Part shown: positions 40,725 to 49,259 of the stretch, one piece after another
Numbering within the stretch: the first letter of the stretch is position 1
Layout: every line of letters begins with the position of its first letter
NCBI GenBank assembly: GCA_018241645.1
Contig: JAFEDL010000004.1
Location: forward strand, 594-64,593
Direction of reading: 5' to 3'
DNA: 64,000 nucleotides
From: Pseudomonadota bacterium
GTDB lineage: Bacteria > Pseudomonadota > Gammaproteobacteria > Burkholderiales > SG8-39
Program-made: the position numbers and the translations under genes
Notes under the pieces: generated by a model
Told to the model about the DNA's origin: nothing
Database searches by the model: none
What the model saw: the letters and a program-made list of their open reading frames with translations, nothing else

Positions 40725-41492
40725 ATGGCCCGCAAGGAAGACAAGATCCCCGCAACGCTGCGCTCGTTCGCCGTCCTCGAGGCGCTGGTCTCTGCGGAAC
40801 GTCCTGCGTCGCTCACCGACCTCGTCAAGGCGTGCGCGCTGCCCAAGCCCACCGTGTACCGCATGCTCGCCATGCTGGAATCCGCCGGCCTCGTGGTCCG
40901 CGACCCCGGCGCGGCGCGCTACGCGCCCGGCCCGCGGCTGGCCACGCTCGGCCTCAACATCATGATGAACGGCAGCCTCGGCTCGGCCCGGCACGCCATC
41001 CTCGCGCAGCTGGTCGCGCAGATCGGCGAGACCTGCAATTTCACGATGCTGCAGGGCGGCGAAGTCATGTACCTCGATCGCGTGGAGGCCGCCTGGCCCC
41101 TGCGCATGAACCTGACCAGCGGCTCGCGGGTGCCGTTGCACTGCACGGCGAGCGGCAAGCTCCTGCTGGCTTTCCTGCCCAAGGCTTCGCGCGACCGGAT
41201 CCTCGACAGCATCACGTACCAGCAATACACGGAAACGACCATTGCCAGCCGCAAAGCCCTGGAGGCCGAGCTGGCACGCATCCGCAAGGTACGCCACGCC
41301 ATCGACAACGAGGAGTTCCACGCGGGCCTGGTTTGTGTTGCGGTGCCTACCCGGAGCCCCGGGGGGCGGCCGTGCGCCGCCGTGGCAGTACACGCGCCGG
41401 TCTCGCGGATGCCGCTGGAAAAGGCGCTGCAGTACCTGCCGCTGCTGCGCAAGGCGGCGGAGGCGATGGAAGCGACGTTCGCCGCGGAGTAG
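40725..41492 (+). CDS. IclR-family transcriptional regulator
   Basis: 255 aa. N-terminal wHTH (LRSFAVLEALVSAERPASLTDLVKACALPKPTVYRMLAMLESAGLV) and C-terminal IclR effector domain (HCTASGKLLLAFL). Confidence 0.9.
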   Translation: MARKEDKIPATLRSFAVLEALVSAERPASLTDLVKACALPKPTVYRMLAMLESAGLVVRDPGAARYAPGPRLATLGLNIMMNGSLGSARHAILAQLVAQIGETCNFTMLQGGEVMYLDRVEAAWPLRMNLTSGSRVPLHCTASGKLLLAFLPKASRDRILDSITYQQYTETTIASRKALEAELARIRKVRHAIDNEEFHAGLVCVAVPTRSPGGRPCAAVAVHAPVSRMPLEKALQYLPLLRKAAEAMEATFAAE

Positions 41493-41503
41493 CAGTCCCC
41501 TCC

Positions 41504-41935
41504 CTATCTCCCGGCCGGCTTGAGCGCGGCGATCCTGCGCCGCCTGTCGATCGCGCCTGAGGCTGCCGCCTTGAGAAGGCGTTGAAACGTGGGGCATTCG
41601 GCGTGGCTGGGTGCCGGGCATGCCGCGGCGTGGCGCAGGCCGCGGCTCACCGCCCGCAGTTGCCCGATCGTCGTGTCGATCTCCTCCGCCTTCGCCGCAA
41701 GCTTCTGCCTGTCGATGCGCGGTCCGCCGCCCGGGGAAAACATGGCCCCGATTTCGTCCAGCGAAAACCCTGCGGCCTGCCCGAGCGCAATCAACGCCAG
41801 CTGGTTCAGCACGGACGGCGCGAAGCGGCGCCGGCCACCCTGCCGGCCCGGTGAAGCGATCAGCCCCTTCTTCTCGTAGTAACGCAGCGTCGATGCCGGC
41901 ACACCCGTGCGCTTGGCGACTTCGGAGATATCCAT
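41504..41935 (-). CDS. MerR-family regulator with CueR-like CP-x6-CP loop
   Basis: 143 aa. MDISEVAKRTGVPASTLRYYEKKGLI HTH, coiled-coil, then C106-PAPSHAE-C114-P (coordinates 41594..41620). Confidence 0.9.
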   Translation of the reverse strand: MDISEVAKRTGVPASTLRYYEKKGLIASPGRQGGRRRFAPSVLNQLALIALGQAAGFSLDEIGAMFSPGGGPRIDRQKLAAKAEEIDTTIGQLRAVSRGLRHAAACPAPSHAECPTFQRLLKAAASGAIDRRRRIAALKPAGR

Positions 41936-41945
41936 CGATGAACCC

Positions 41946-41976
41946 TTGACTTGAAGTTGACTTCAACTTCTAGAGT
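41946..41976 (+). promoter_or_regulatory. MerR-type promoter: TTGACT -35, 19-bp spacer containing an inverted repeat, TAGAGT -10
   Basis: TTGACT (41946-41951), GAAGTTGA-ct-TCAACTTC (41953-41970), TAGAGT (41971-41976). The over-long 19-bp spacer with a dyad is the MerR-family hallmark. Confidence 0.65.
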
Positions 41977-41982
41977 GGGCCC

Positions 41983-42513
41983 ATGACGCCTACCCGTCAA
42001 CCTTTTCAAGGAGCTCACATGTCATCGCTGCAGGAAGCCTCAACGATTGTCCTCATAGGAATCGGCGCCACCGCCTTCATGGATGCGTGGCTTTCCTTCC
42101 TCAAACTGATGGGCGTCCCCACGCTCAATCTCGCAATGGTCGGCCGCTGGGTCGGGCACCTCGGTCGCGGCAGGGTCGCGCATGCCGCCATCGGGAAATC
42201 GGCGCCGATCCCGGGCGAACTGGCCTGGGGCTGGCTCACGCACTATGCAGTCGGCGTCGCTTTTGCAGGGTTGCTCGCGAAGGTGCAAGGTGCCGGCTGG
42301 CTGCAGAACCCCACAGTCCTCCCGGCCGTCCTGGTTGGCATGTGCACGGTCGTGGCGCCCCTGTTCGTAATGCAACCTGCCATGGGTGCGGGATTCGCGG
42401 CATCCCGGACCCCGACGCCGCTGAAGAACTGCTTTCGAAGCCTGGCCAACCACACTGTATTCGGCCTGGGCCTCTACCTCTCCGCCGTCGCCATCGAATG
42501 GGCCGCACAATGA
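41983..42513 (+). CDS. DUF2938-like integral membrane protein
   Basis: 176 aa (alternative Met at 42019). GIGATAFMDAWLSFLKLMGVPTLNLAMVGRWVGHLGRGR...MQPAMGAGFAASRTP. Confidence 0.7.
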   Translation: MTPTRQPFQGAHMSSLQEASTIVLIGIGATAFMDAWLSFLKLMGVPTLNLAMVGRWVGHLGRGRVAHAAIGKSAPIPGELAWGWLTHYAVGVAFAGLLAKVQGAGWLQNPTVLPAVLVGMCTVVAPLFVMQPAMGAGFAASRTPTPLKNCFRSLANHTVFGLGLYLSAVAIEWAAQ

Positions 42514-43079
42514 AGAGGATCGCCGTGATCTACCACAGCGCCCACGGGCACACCGAGCACATCGCGAGGCATGTCGCCGACGGCGCGAAGTGCGTCCCGG
42601 ATACCGAAGTCCTGCTGCTGAAAGCCGAAGACCTCGCCCGGTCCCCCGATGAACTGCTCCGGTACGACGGCTACCTGCTCGGTTCGCCCACTTACCTCGG
42701 CGGAGTCTCCGGCACTTTCAAGAACTTCATGGACGCCACCGGAGGCCTGTGGCGCACCCAGAAGCTCAGAGGCAGGCTCGCCGCCGGGTTCACCGTTTCT
42801 TCACTGCCTTCAGGCGACAAGCAGTCGACACTGATGTCCATGTTCGTGTTCTGCATGCAGCACGGCATGGTCTGGGTCGGGAATCCCTTCCTGCCCGGGC
42901 AGCAGAGCGGCGCCGCCTATGACGAGGCCGTCAACCGGCTCGGATCCTGGTCCGGACTGATGGCGCAGGCAGGCCATTCCGCGCCGGCAGATTCGTTTCC
43001 GGCCGGCGACGTGAAGACAGCCAGGATGTTCGGCCGGAACTTCTCTGAGACCATCCACCGTATGTCCGCCAAAGGGTGA
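42510..43079 (+). CDS. Flavodoxin-like NAD(P)H:quinone oxidoreductase (WrbA-like)
   Basis: 189 aa from internal ATG of track ORF 42087..43079, with an ATGA overlap with the upstream stop. MKRIAVIYHSAHGHTEHIA...LLGSPTYLGGVSGTFKNFMD. Confidence 0.8.
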   Translation: MKRIAVIYHSAHGHTEHIARHVADGAKCVPDTEVLLLKAEDLARSPDELLRYDGYLLGSPTYLGGVSGTFKNFMDATGGLWRTQKLRGRLAAGFTVSSLPSGDKQSTLMSMFVFCMQHGMVWVGNPFLPGQQSGAAYDEAVNRLGSWSGLMAQAGHSAPADSFPAGDVKTARMFGRNFSETIHRMSAKG

Positions 43080-43318
43080 ACACCATGATTCCGCAGAAAT
43101 ACGGCCCGATGCTCTTCGGCCTGATCCTGTCCGGGCTGATGTCGCTCCTGGTCTCCGGGATTTCCACGTTCCGCGCCGTGGGCCTGTCCCCCGCCATGGC
43201 CGGGCTGTGGGCCGGCTCGTGGCTGGCAGCGTGGTGCTTCGCATTCCCGGCCGTCCTGCTGGTCGCACCGGTTGCGCAGAAGGTGGTTCGCCTACTTGTC
43301 GCCGAGGATCATGTCTGA
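43076..43318 (+). CDS. DUF2798-like small membrane protein
   Basis: 80 aa (GTG overlaps the upstream stop; alternative ATG at 43085). IPQKYGPMLFGLILSGLMSLLVSGISTFRAVG. Confidence 0.65.
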   Translation: MNTMIPQKYGPMLFGLILSGLMSLLVSGISTFRAVGLSPAMAGLWAGSWLAAWCFAFPAVLLVAPVAQKVVRLLVAEDHV

Positions 43319-44884
43319 CGCCTTTTCCGCCACCATCACGGCCGGTGCATGCGTGTTGCCGGACACGAGGGTAGGCATGATCGAGCAGTCGACCACCCGC
43401 AATCCCGACACTCCATGCACCCGCAGCCGGTCGTCCACGACCGCCATCGGGTCGATGCCCATCTTGCAGGTACCGGACGGGTGGAAGATCGTCGCGCCGT
43501 AGCCGCGCGCGAACTCGAGGAGGTCTTCGTCGCTCCTGGCGCCGCTTCCCGGCTTGTACTCTTCCGCGACGTACGGCTTCATCGCCTCGGTTGATGCAAG
43601 CGAGCGTGCGAGCTTCACTGCAGCCACGGCGCAACGCCGGTCCAGTTCGGCGGAAAGGTAGTTGGGCTTCATCGAGGGCGCTTCGAAGGGGTCCGCGGAA
43701 CGGATCGCCACCGTGCCGCGGGACTCCGGCCGCAACTGGCACACCGAAAACGTGAACCCCGGCCAGGGATGCGGCTTGGCGCCCGCGAGGTCCGCCGAAA
43801 GCGTCGCGACATGGAACTGCACGTCGGGCGTCTTCGACTCGGGCAGCGCCCGCGCGAAGATTCCGCCCTGGTTGATGCCGATGGCCAGCGGCCCGGTGCG
43901 ATGCAGCAGCCACTGCAGGCCGATCCTGATACGCCGCGGGAGGCTGGCCAGGTCGTCGTTGGTGGTGATGGGCTTAGTGCACTTGTACATCAGGCGCAGT
44001 TGCAGGTGGTCCTGCAGGTTCTCGCCGACGCCGGGCAGGTCCCGGACCACGGGGATTCCATGCGACTGCAGCAACGATCCAGGCCCGATGCCCGACAATT
44101 GCAGCAGCTGCGGGCTCTGCAACGCCCCCGCCGAGAGGACGACCTCCCGGCCGGCCCGCGCCTCCTTCACGACGCCGCCCTGCCGGTAGCGCACCCCGAC
44201 GGCCCGTGTGCCTTCGAAAATGACGGCCATGGCATGGGCGTCGGTCTGCACATCGAGGTTCGCGCGGTCGCGCACCGGCTTCAGGTATCCCGTGGCCGAA
44301 CTCGAGCGCATGCCGTTGCGCGTGAACAACTGGTAATACCCTGCGCCCTCCTGCGTTGCACCATTGAAGTCGTCGTTGCGCGGAATGCCGATTTCGGCGG
44401 CACCGCGCAACACGGCCTCGATGAGTTCATGCTTGTGGCGAATGTCCGTGCAGGCCACCGGTCCGCCGGCGCCGTGGTACTCGCTCGCGCCGCGCGAGTT
44501 GTCCTCGCTGCGCAGGAAGTACGGCATCACGTCGCTCCAGCCCCAGCCCCGGTTGCCGGCGGCGGCCCAGCGGTCGTAGTCCTCGTGCTGCCCGCGCACG
44601 AAGATCAGCCCGTTGATCGAGGAGCATCCGCCGAGCCCGCGCCCGCGGGGCCAGTAGATCTTCCTGTTGTTCGTCCCGGGTTCCGGGTCGGTATGGAAGC
44701 CCCAGTTGTACACGGGGTGGAACATCGTCTTGCCGTAACCGATCGGGATGTGGATCCACAGGTAGTTGTCGCGCGGCCCCGCTTCGAGCAGCAGCACGCG
44801 GTTACCCGGATCGGCACTCAGCCGGTTGGCGACGACGCACCCGGAAGAGCCCGCCCCGACGACGATGTAATCGCAATTTATCAA
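43292..44884 (-). CDS. GMC-family (choline-dehydrogenase-like) flavin oxidoreductase
   Basis: 530 aa. DYIVVGAGSSGCVVANRLS, GRGLGGCSSINGLIF, C-terminal HPSGTCKMG and GNTHAPAVMVAEKA. Confidence 0.9.
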   Translation of the reverse strand: MINCDYIVVGAGSSGCVVANRLSADPGNRVLLLEAGPRDNYLWIHIPIGYGKTMFHPVYNWGFHTDPEPGTNNRKIYWPRGRGLGGCSSINGLIFVRGQHEDYDRWAAAGNRGWGWSDVMPYFLRSEDNSRGASEYHGAGGPVACTDIRHKHELIEAVLRGAAEIGIPRNDDFNGATQEGAGYYQLFTRNGMRSSSATGYLKPVRDRANLDVQTDAHAMAVIFEGTRAVGVRYRQGGVVKEARAGREVVLSAGALQSPQLLQLSGIGPGSLLQSHGIPVVRDLPGVGENLQDHLQLRLMYKCTKPITTNDDLASLPRRIRIGLQWLLHRTGPLAIGINQGGIFARALPESKTPDVQFHVATLSADLAGAKPHPWPGFTFSVCQLRPESRGTVAIRSADPFEAPSMKPNYLSAELDRRCAVAAVKLARSLASTEAMKPYVAEEYKPGSGARSDEDLLEFARGYGATIFHPSGTCKMGIDPMAVVDDRLRVHGVSGLRVVDCSIMPTLVSGNTHAPAVMVAEKASDMILGDK

Positions 44885-45051
44885 TTTACGGAATATTTCG
44901 AGTCATCTTGTGCGACCGAGTATTGCAATCACCTTTTGATTTGTCTAGCATCGGACGCGCAATTCGTGAGATGCGTGCAGGACGGTCGAGGCCGCACAGA
45001 CGGCCCGATGGAGACAGATCAACAAACCGAATCAATCGCGGAGGAGCGACC

Positions 45052-46164
45052 ATGGCAGGCAACTGGAAGGCACGATGTATCGCATTGCTGTCCGGCGTAC
45101 TGGTTTCGATCGGCAGCGCGCAGGCCCAGCAACCCCAGCAGTTCAAGATGCGCATCCAGACCGCCGTCCCTTCGGCAAGCATCTACTTCGAGCTGCTGAA
45201 GAAGTTCGGCGACCGCATTGACAAGATGACCGCGGGCCGGCTGAAGATGGAGATCCTGCCCGACGGCGCGATCGTCCCGGCATTCGAGATCCTCGATGCG
45301 GTCGACAAGGGCATCGTCGAAGGCGGATACGCATGGACCCATTATTGGTCGGGCAAGAACCCGGCTGCGGGCCTGTTCTCCAACCCGATGGCCGGCGCCG
45401 GCGTGGGCCTCGACCAGCTGTCGCACGTGGCGTGGATCTTCGAAGGCGGCGGGTACGACCTCTACCGGAAGCTTTACTCCGATGTGCTCAAGGTCAACGT
45501 CGAGCCGCTCTTCATCCAGCCGATGGGCCCGGACCCGCTCGGCTGGTTCAAGCGCCCGATCGCCAGCACGGCCGATTTCAAGAAGCTGAAGTACCGCGCC
45601 CCGCCCGGGATCACCGGCGAAATCTTCAAGGAGATGGGCATCGCCGCGGTGGCCCTGCCCGGCGGCGAGATCGTCCCCTCCGCGCAGCGCGGCGTGATCG
45701 ACGCGGCCGAGTGGATCGGCCCGGCCGACGACATCAACCTCGGCCTGCAGACCGTCTGGAAGCACTACTACCTGCAGGGCCTGCACCAGTCGACCGACAT
45801 CGGCGAGGTCATCATCAACAAGACGTTCTGGGCCAAGCTCCCGCCCGACATCCAGGAGATCGTGCGCACCGCGGCGATGGCCTCGATGACCGAGACCTAC
45901 ACCTACAACGTGTTCCGCAACGCCAAGGCGATCGTCCGCCTCAGGAACGAGTTCAAGGTCGAGATCCACGACACGCCCAAGGACTTCTTCCCCGAGTTCG
46001 TGCGCGCCACCAACGTCGTGCTCGACCGCTACTCCGCCAAGGACGCGTTCTTCAAGCAGGTGCTCGACTCGCAGCGCAATTTCGCCAAGGACGTCGTGCC
46101 GTACTGGACGAAGATCCTCGACCTGTACTCCAACCTGGGCAACGCGGCGCTGCAGAAAAAATAG
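45052..46164 (+). CDS. TRAP transporter substrate-binding protein
   Basis: 370 aa from internal ATG (GGAGGAG upstream) of track ORF 44908..46164. Signal peptide MAGNWKARCIALLSGVLVSIGSAQAQ. Confidence 0.88.
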   Translation: MAGNWKARCIALLSGVLVSIGSAQAQQPQQFKMRIQTAVPSASIYFELLKKFGDRIDKMTAGRLKMEILPDGAIVPAFEILDAVDKGIVEGGYAWTHYWSGKNPAAGLFSNPMAGAGVGLDQLSHVAWIFEGGGYDLYRKLYSDVLKVNVEPLFIQPMGPDPLGWFKRPIASTADFKKLKYRAPPGITGEIFKEMGIAAVALPGGEIVPSAQRGVIDAAEWIGPADDINLGLQTVWKHYYLQGLHQSTDIGEVIINKTFWAKLPPDIQEIVRTAAMASMTETYTYNVFRNAKAIVRLRNEFKVEIHDTPKDFFPEFVRATNVVLDRYSAKDAFFKQVLDSQRNFAKDVVPYWTKILDLYSNLGNAALQKK

Positions 46165-46185
46165 CCGAGGGATGACGCAACCCCG

Positions 46186-46214
46186 GGGGCGCGGCGCGGC
46201 CGCGCCCCTTTTTT
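46186..46214 (+). terminator. Intra-operon GC hairpin + T6 between the TRAP binding-protein and permease genes (attenuator/partial terminator)
   Basis: GGGGCGCGG-cgcgg-CCGCGCCCC followed by TTTTTT, 22 nt after the binding-protein stop. Confidence 0.6.
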
Positions 46215-46249
46215 GCGATCGCACGCATCACACAAAAACTGGAGCTCCC

Positions 46250-46777
46250 ATGCAGAGCCCGCCTTCCGCGATGCTCAAGGCCATCACCCTGCTCGACACC
46301 ATCAGCCTGTGGTCGGGCCGGATCATCGCCTGGCTCATCATCCCGATGGTCCTGTCGCTGGTGTATGAAGTCGTGGCGCGCTACGTGTTCGACGCGCCCA
46401 CCGAATGGGCCTACGACATGACCTTCATGCTGTACGGCACGTTCTTCATGGTCGGCTCGGCCTATACGCTCTACAAGAAGGGCCACATCCGCACCGACTC
46501 GTACTACGGCGGCTGGTCGCCGCGCACCCAGGGCTGGGTGGACGCGGTCTGCTACCTGCTGTTCTTCTTCCCGCCGCTGATCGCCTTCCTGGTCGTCGGG
46601 TGGGACTACTTCCTCCACTCCTTCCGGCAGGGGGAAAGGATCGTCACCAGCCCCTGGATGCCGATCGTGTACCCGTTCAAGCTCGCGATTCCAGTGGCTA
46701 CGCTGCTGCTCCTGCTGCAGGGCCTGTCCGAATTCCTGAAGAGCGTCTGGGCCGCGCGCAAGGGAGAGTGGCTTTGA
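46250..46777 (+). CDS. TRAP transporter small permease (DctQ-like)
   Basis: 175 aa from internal ATG (residue 27 of track ORF 46172..46777, GGAG upstream). Four hydrophobic segments. Confidence 0.85.
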   Translation: MQSPPSAMLKAITLLDTISLWSGRIIAWLIIPMVLSLVYEVVARYVFDAPTEWAYDMTFMLYGTFFMVGSAYTLYKKGHIRTDSYYGGWSPRTQGWVDAVCYLLFFFPPLIAFLVVGWDYFLHSFRQGERIVTSPWMPIVYPFKLAIPVATLLLLLQGLSEFLKSVWAARKGEWL

Positions 46778-48087
46778 AACCCGAATACGTGGGCCTGCTG
46801 TCGCTGGTCATCCTGTTCGGCGCCATCTTCATCGGATTCCCCATCGCGTTCACGCTGATCGCGGTGGCGCTCGGGGTCGGATACGTCGCCCTGGGCGACA
46901 TCGCGCTGCACCTGATGACGCTGCAGTTCTTCTCGGTCATGCGCGATCCCACGCTGGCGTCCGTCCCCTTCTTCCTCTTCATGGGCTACCTGCTCGAGCA
47001 ATCGGGCCTGATGGAAAGGCTGTTTCGCGGCGTGCAGCTGATGCTCGCCGCGCTGAACGGGTCGCTATACCTGGCCGTGCTGATCACCGCGACGATCTTC
47101 GCGGCGGCCACCGGCATCGTGGGGTCCTCGGTCACGCTGCTCGGCGTGATGGCGGCGCCGGCGATGAAGCGCAGCGGTTACGACGTGCGCATGTCGGCCG
47201 GCACCATCGCGGCCGGCGGAACGCTCGGCATCCTGATCCCGCCTTCGGTGATGCTGATCGTCATGGGGCCCGTCGTCGGCGTGCCCGCCACGGACCTGTT
47301 TGCGGCGGCGATATTCCCCGGCCTGCTGCTGTCGGGCCTGTACATCCTCTACACGCTGGTGCGCAGCTACCTGAACCCCAAGCTCGGCCCGCCGCTGCCC
47401 ATGGAGGACCGCCGGCCGTTCGCCTACGTGGTGCGCGAAGTGGTGCTGGGCATGCTGCCGGTGGTGATCGTTATCCTCGCCACGCTGGGCGTGATCCTCG
47501 CCGGCATCGCCACGCCGACCGACGCCGGCGCGGTCGGGGCGTTCGCGGTGTTCGTGCTGACGCTGGTCTACCGCAAGCTCACCTGGGAAAAGATGAAGGC
47601 GGCGGTCATGTCCACGCTCGAAGTGTCGTGCATGATCCTGCTGCTGGTCGCGGCGTCGAACTACTTCGGCGCGATCTTCTCGCGCCTGGGCAGCGCCACG
47701 CTGATCGCGGAATCGCTCCTGACCCTGAATTTCTCGCCGACCGTGATGCTGCTGATCATGCTTGCGATCATCTTCGTGCTGGGATGGCCGCTCGAGTGGG
47801 TGCCGATCGTCCTCATCGTGGTGCCGATCTTCCTGCCGCTGGTCAACAAGCTCGGGATCGACCTGGTGTGGTTCTGCACGCTGGTCGCAGTCTGCCTGCA
47901 GACCGCGTGGCTTTCGCCGCCGGTCGCGCTTTCAGCCTACTTCCTCAAGGGCGTGGTGCCCGACTGGGAACTCAAGGACATCTATGCCGGCATGATGCAG
48001 TTCATGGTCCTGCAGGTCGCCGGGCTGCTGCTGATCCTCGTCTTCCCGCAGATCGCGCTGTGGCTGCCCGCCTACCTGCGCCAATAA
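46768..48087 (+). CDS. TRAP transporter large permease (DctM-like)
   Basis: ~439 aa. GTG at 46768 or TTG at 46774 overlaps the DctQ stop. Polytopic (LLSLVILFGAIFIGFPIAFTL...). Confidence 0.9.
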   Translation: MALKPEYVGLLSLVILFGAIFIGFPIAFTLIAVALGVGYVALGDIALHLMTLQFFSVMRDPTLASVPFFLFMGYLLEQSGLMERLFRGVQLMLAALNGSLYLAVLITATIFAAATGIVGSSVTLLGVMAAPAMKRSGYDVRMSAGTIAAGGTLGILIPPSVMLIVMGPVVGVPATDLFAAAIFPGLLLSGLYILYTLVRSYLNPKLGPPLPMEDRRPFAYVVREVVLGMLPVVIVILATLGVILAGIATPTDAGAVGAFAVFVLTLVYRKLTWEKMKAAVMSTLEVSCMILLLVAASNYFGAIFSRLGSATLIAESLLTLNFSPTVMLLIMLAIIFVLGWPLEWVPIVLIVVPIFLPLVNKLGIDLVWFCTLVAVCLQTAWLSPPVALSAYFLKGVVPDWELKDIYAGMMQFMVLQVAGLLLILVFPQIALWLPAYLRQ

Positions 48088-48104
48088 CCTCCCCGGATCC
48101 CACG

Positions 48105-49259
48105 ATGGCTGAAGAAACCGAAAAGATCGCCGAGAAAATCGATATCCACCGCGGCCTGAAGGGCGTCTATTTCGACCGCTCCGCCGTGTGCTTCATCGAC
48201 GGCCGCGCGGGCGAGCTGCGCTACCGCGGCTACTCGATCCACGACCTGGCCGTGCAGTCGACCTTCGAGGAGACCTGCTACCTGCTGATGCACGGCGAAC
48301 TGCCCTCCAGGATCCAGCTCGCGGAATTCGATGCCGGGATGAAGGCCGCGCGTGCGCTCCCGGCCCCGGTGCTCGACGTGATCCGGGCCGTCCGCACGGC
48401 CCACCCGATGGACGTGCTCCGCACCGCGGTATCCGCGCTGGCCGCCTTCGACCCCGAAGTCGCGGACAACTCGCGCGAGGCGACGCTCAGGAAAGGCATG
48501 CGGCTCACCTCGCAGGTGCCGATGATCGTCGCGGCGCACGCGCATATCCGCGCGGACCGCGCCCCGATCGCGCCGGACATGAAGCTCGGCCACGCGGCCA
48601 ACTTCCTTTACATGCTGACCGGCAAGGCGCCGAGCGCGGACACTGCGCGGCTCATGGATACGGACATGATCCTGCACGCCGAGCATGGTTCGAACGCATC
48701 GACGTTCACCGCCAGGGTCGTGGCCGGTACCGAAGCGAACCTGCACGCGGCCATTACCGCGGCAATTGCGGCCCTGTCCGGCCCCGCGCACGGCGGCGCC
48801 GCCGAGAATGTCATGCACATGGCGAAGGAAGTCGGCGACCCGGCCAACGCGGCCGAGTACGTGAAGAGGAAGCGCGCCAACAAGGAAGCCGTGATGGGAT
48901 TCGGCCACCGCGTCTACCGGGCCGAGGACCCCCGCGCGCGCCACATGCGGGCCGGCGTGGAGAAGCTCTCCCGCGAGATGGGCCAGCCGCAGTGGTACCA
49001 GATCCTCGAGGCGCTGGTGGAGGCGATGAAGCCCTACTCCCGCCACGGCGTGAACGTGAACGTCGACTTCTACGCGGGCGTCGTCTATTACCTGAACGGG
49101 ATCCCGGCCGACCTGTTCGTGCCGATCTTCGCCGTGGGACGCATGCCGGGCTGGGCGGTATCGGTGCTGGAGCAGATGGAGAACAACATCCTCATCCGTC
49201 CGCTGACGCTGTACAACGGCCCGGAGCCGCGCGAGTACGTGACGCTGGATAAGCGCTAG
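48105..49259 (+). CDS. Citrate-synthase-family enzyme (short, ~384 aa type)
   Basis: Internal ATG of track ORF 47628..49259. Motifs LSGPAHGGAAENV and signature GFGHRVYRAEDPR. 17 nt after the permease stop. Confidence 0.88.
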   Translation: MAEETEKIAEKIDIHRGLKGVYFDRSAVCFIDGRAGELRYRGYSIHDLAVQSTFEETCYLLMHGELPSRIQLAEFDAGMKAARALPAPVLDVIRAVRTAHPMDVLRTAVSALAAFDPEVADNSREATLRKGMRLTSQVPMIVAAHAHIRADRAPIAPDMKLGHAANFLYMLTGKAPSADTARLMDTDMILHAEHGSNASTFTARVVAGTEANLHAAITAAIAALSGPAHGGAAENVMHMAKEVGDPANAAEYVKRKRANKEAVMGFGHRVYRAEDPRARHMRAGVEKLSREMGQPQWYQILEALVEAMKPYSRHGVNVNVDFYAGVVYYLNGIPADLFVPIFAVGRMPGWAVSVLEQMENNILIRPLTLYNGPEPREYVTLDKR

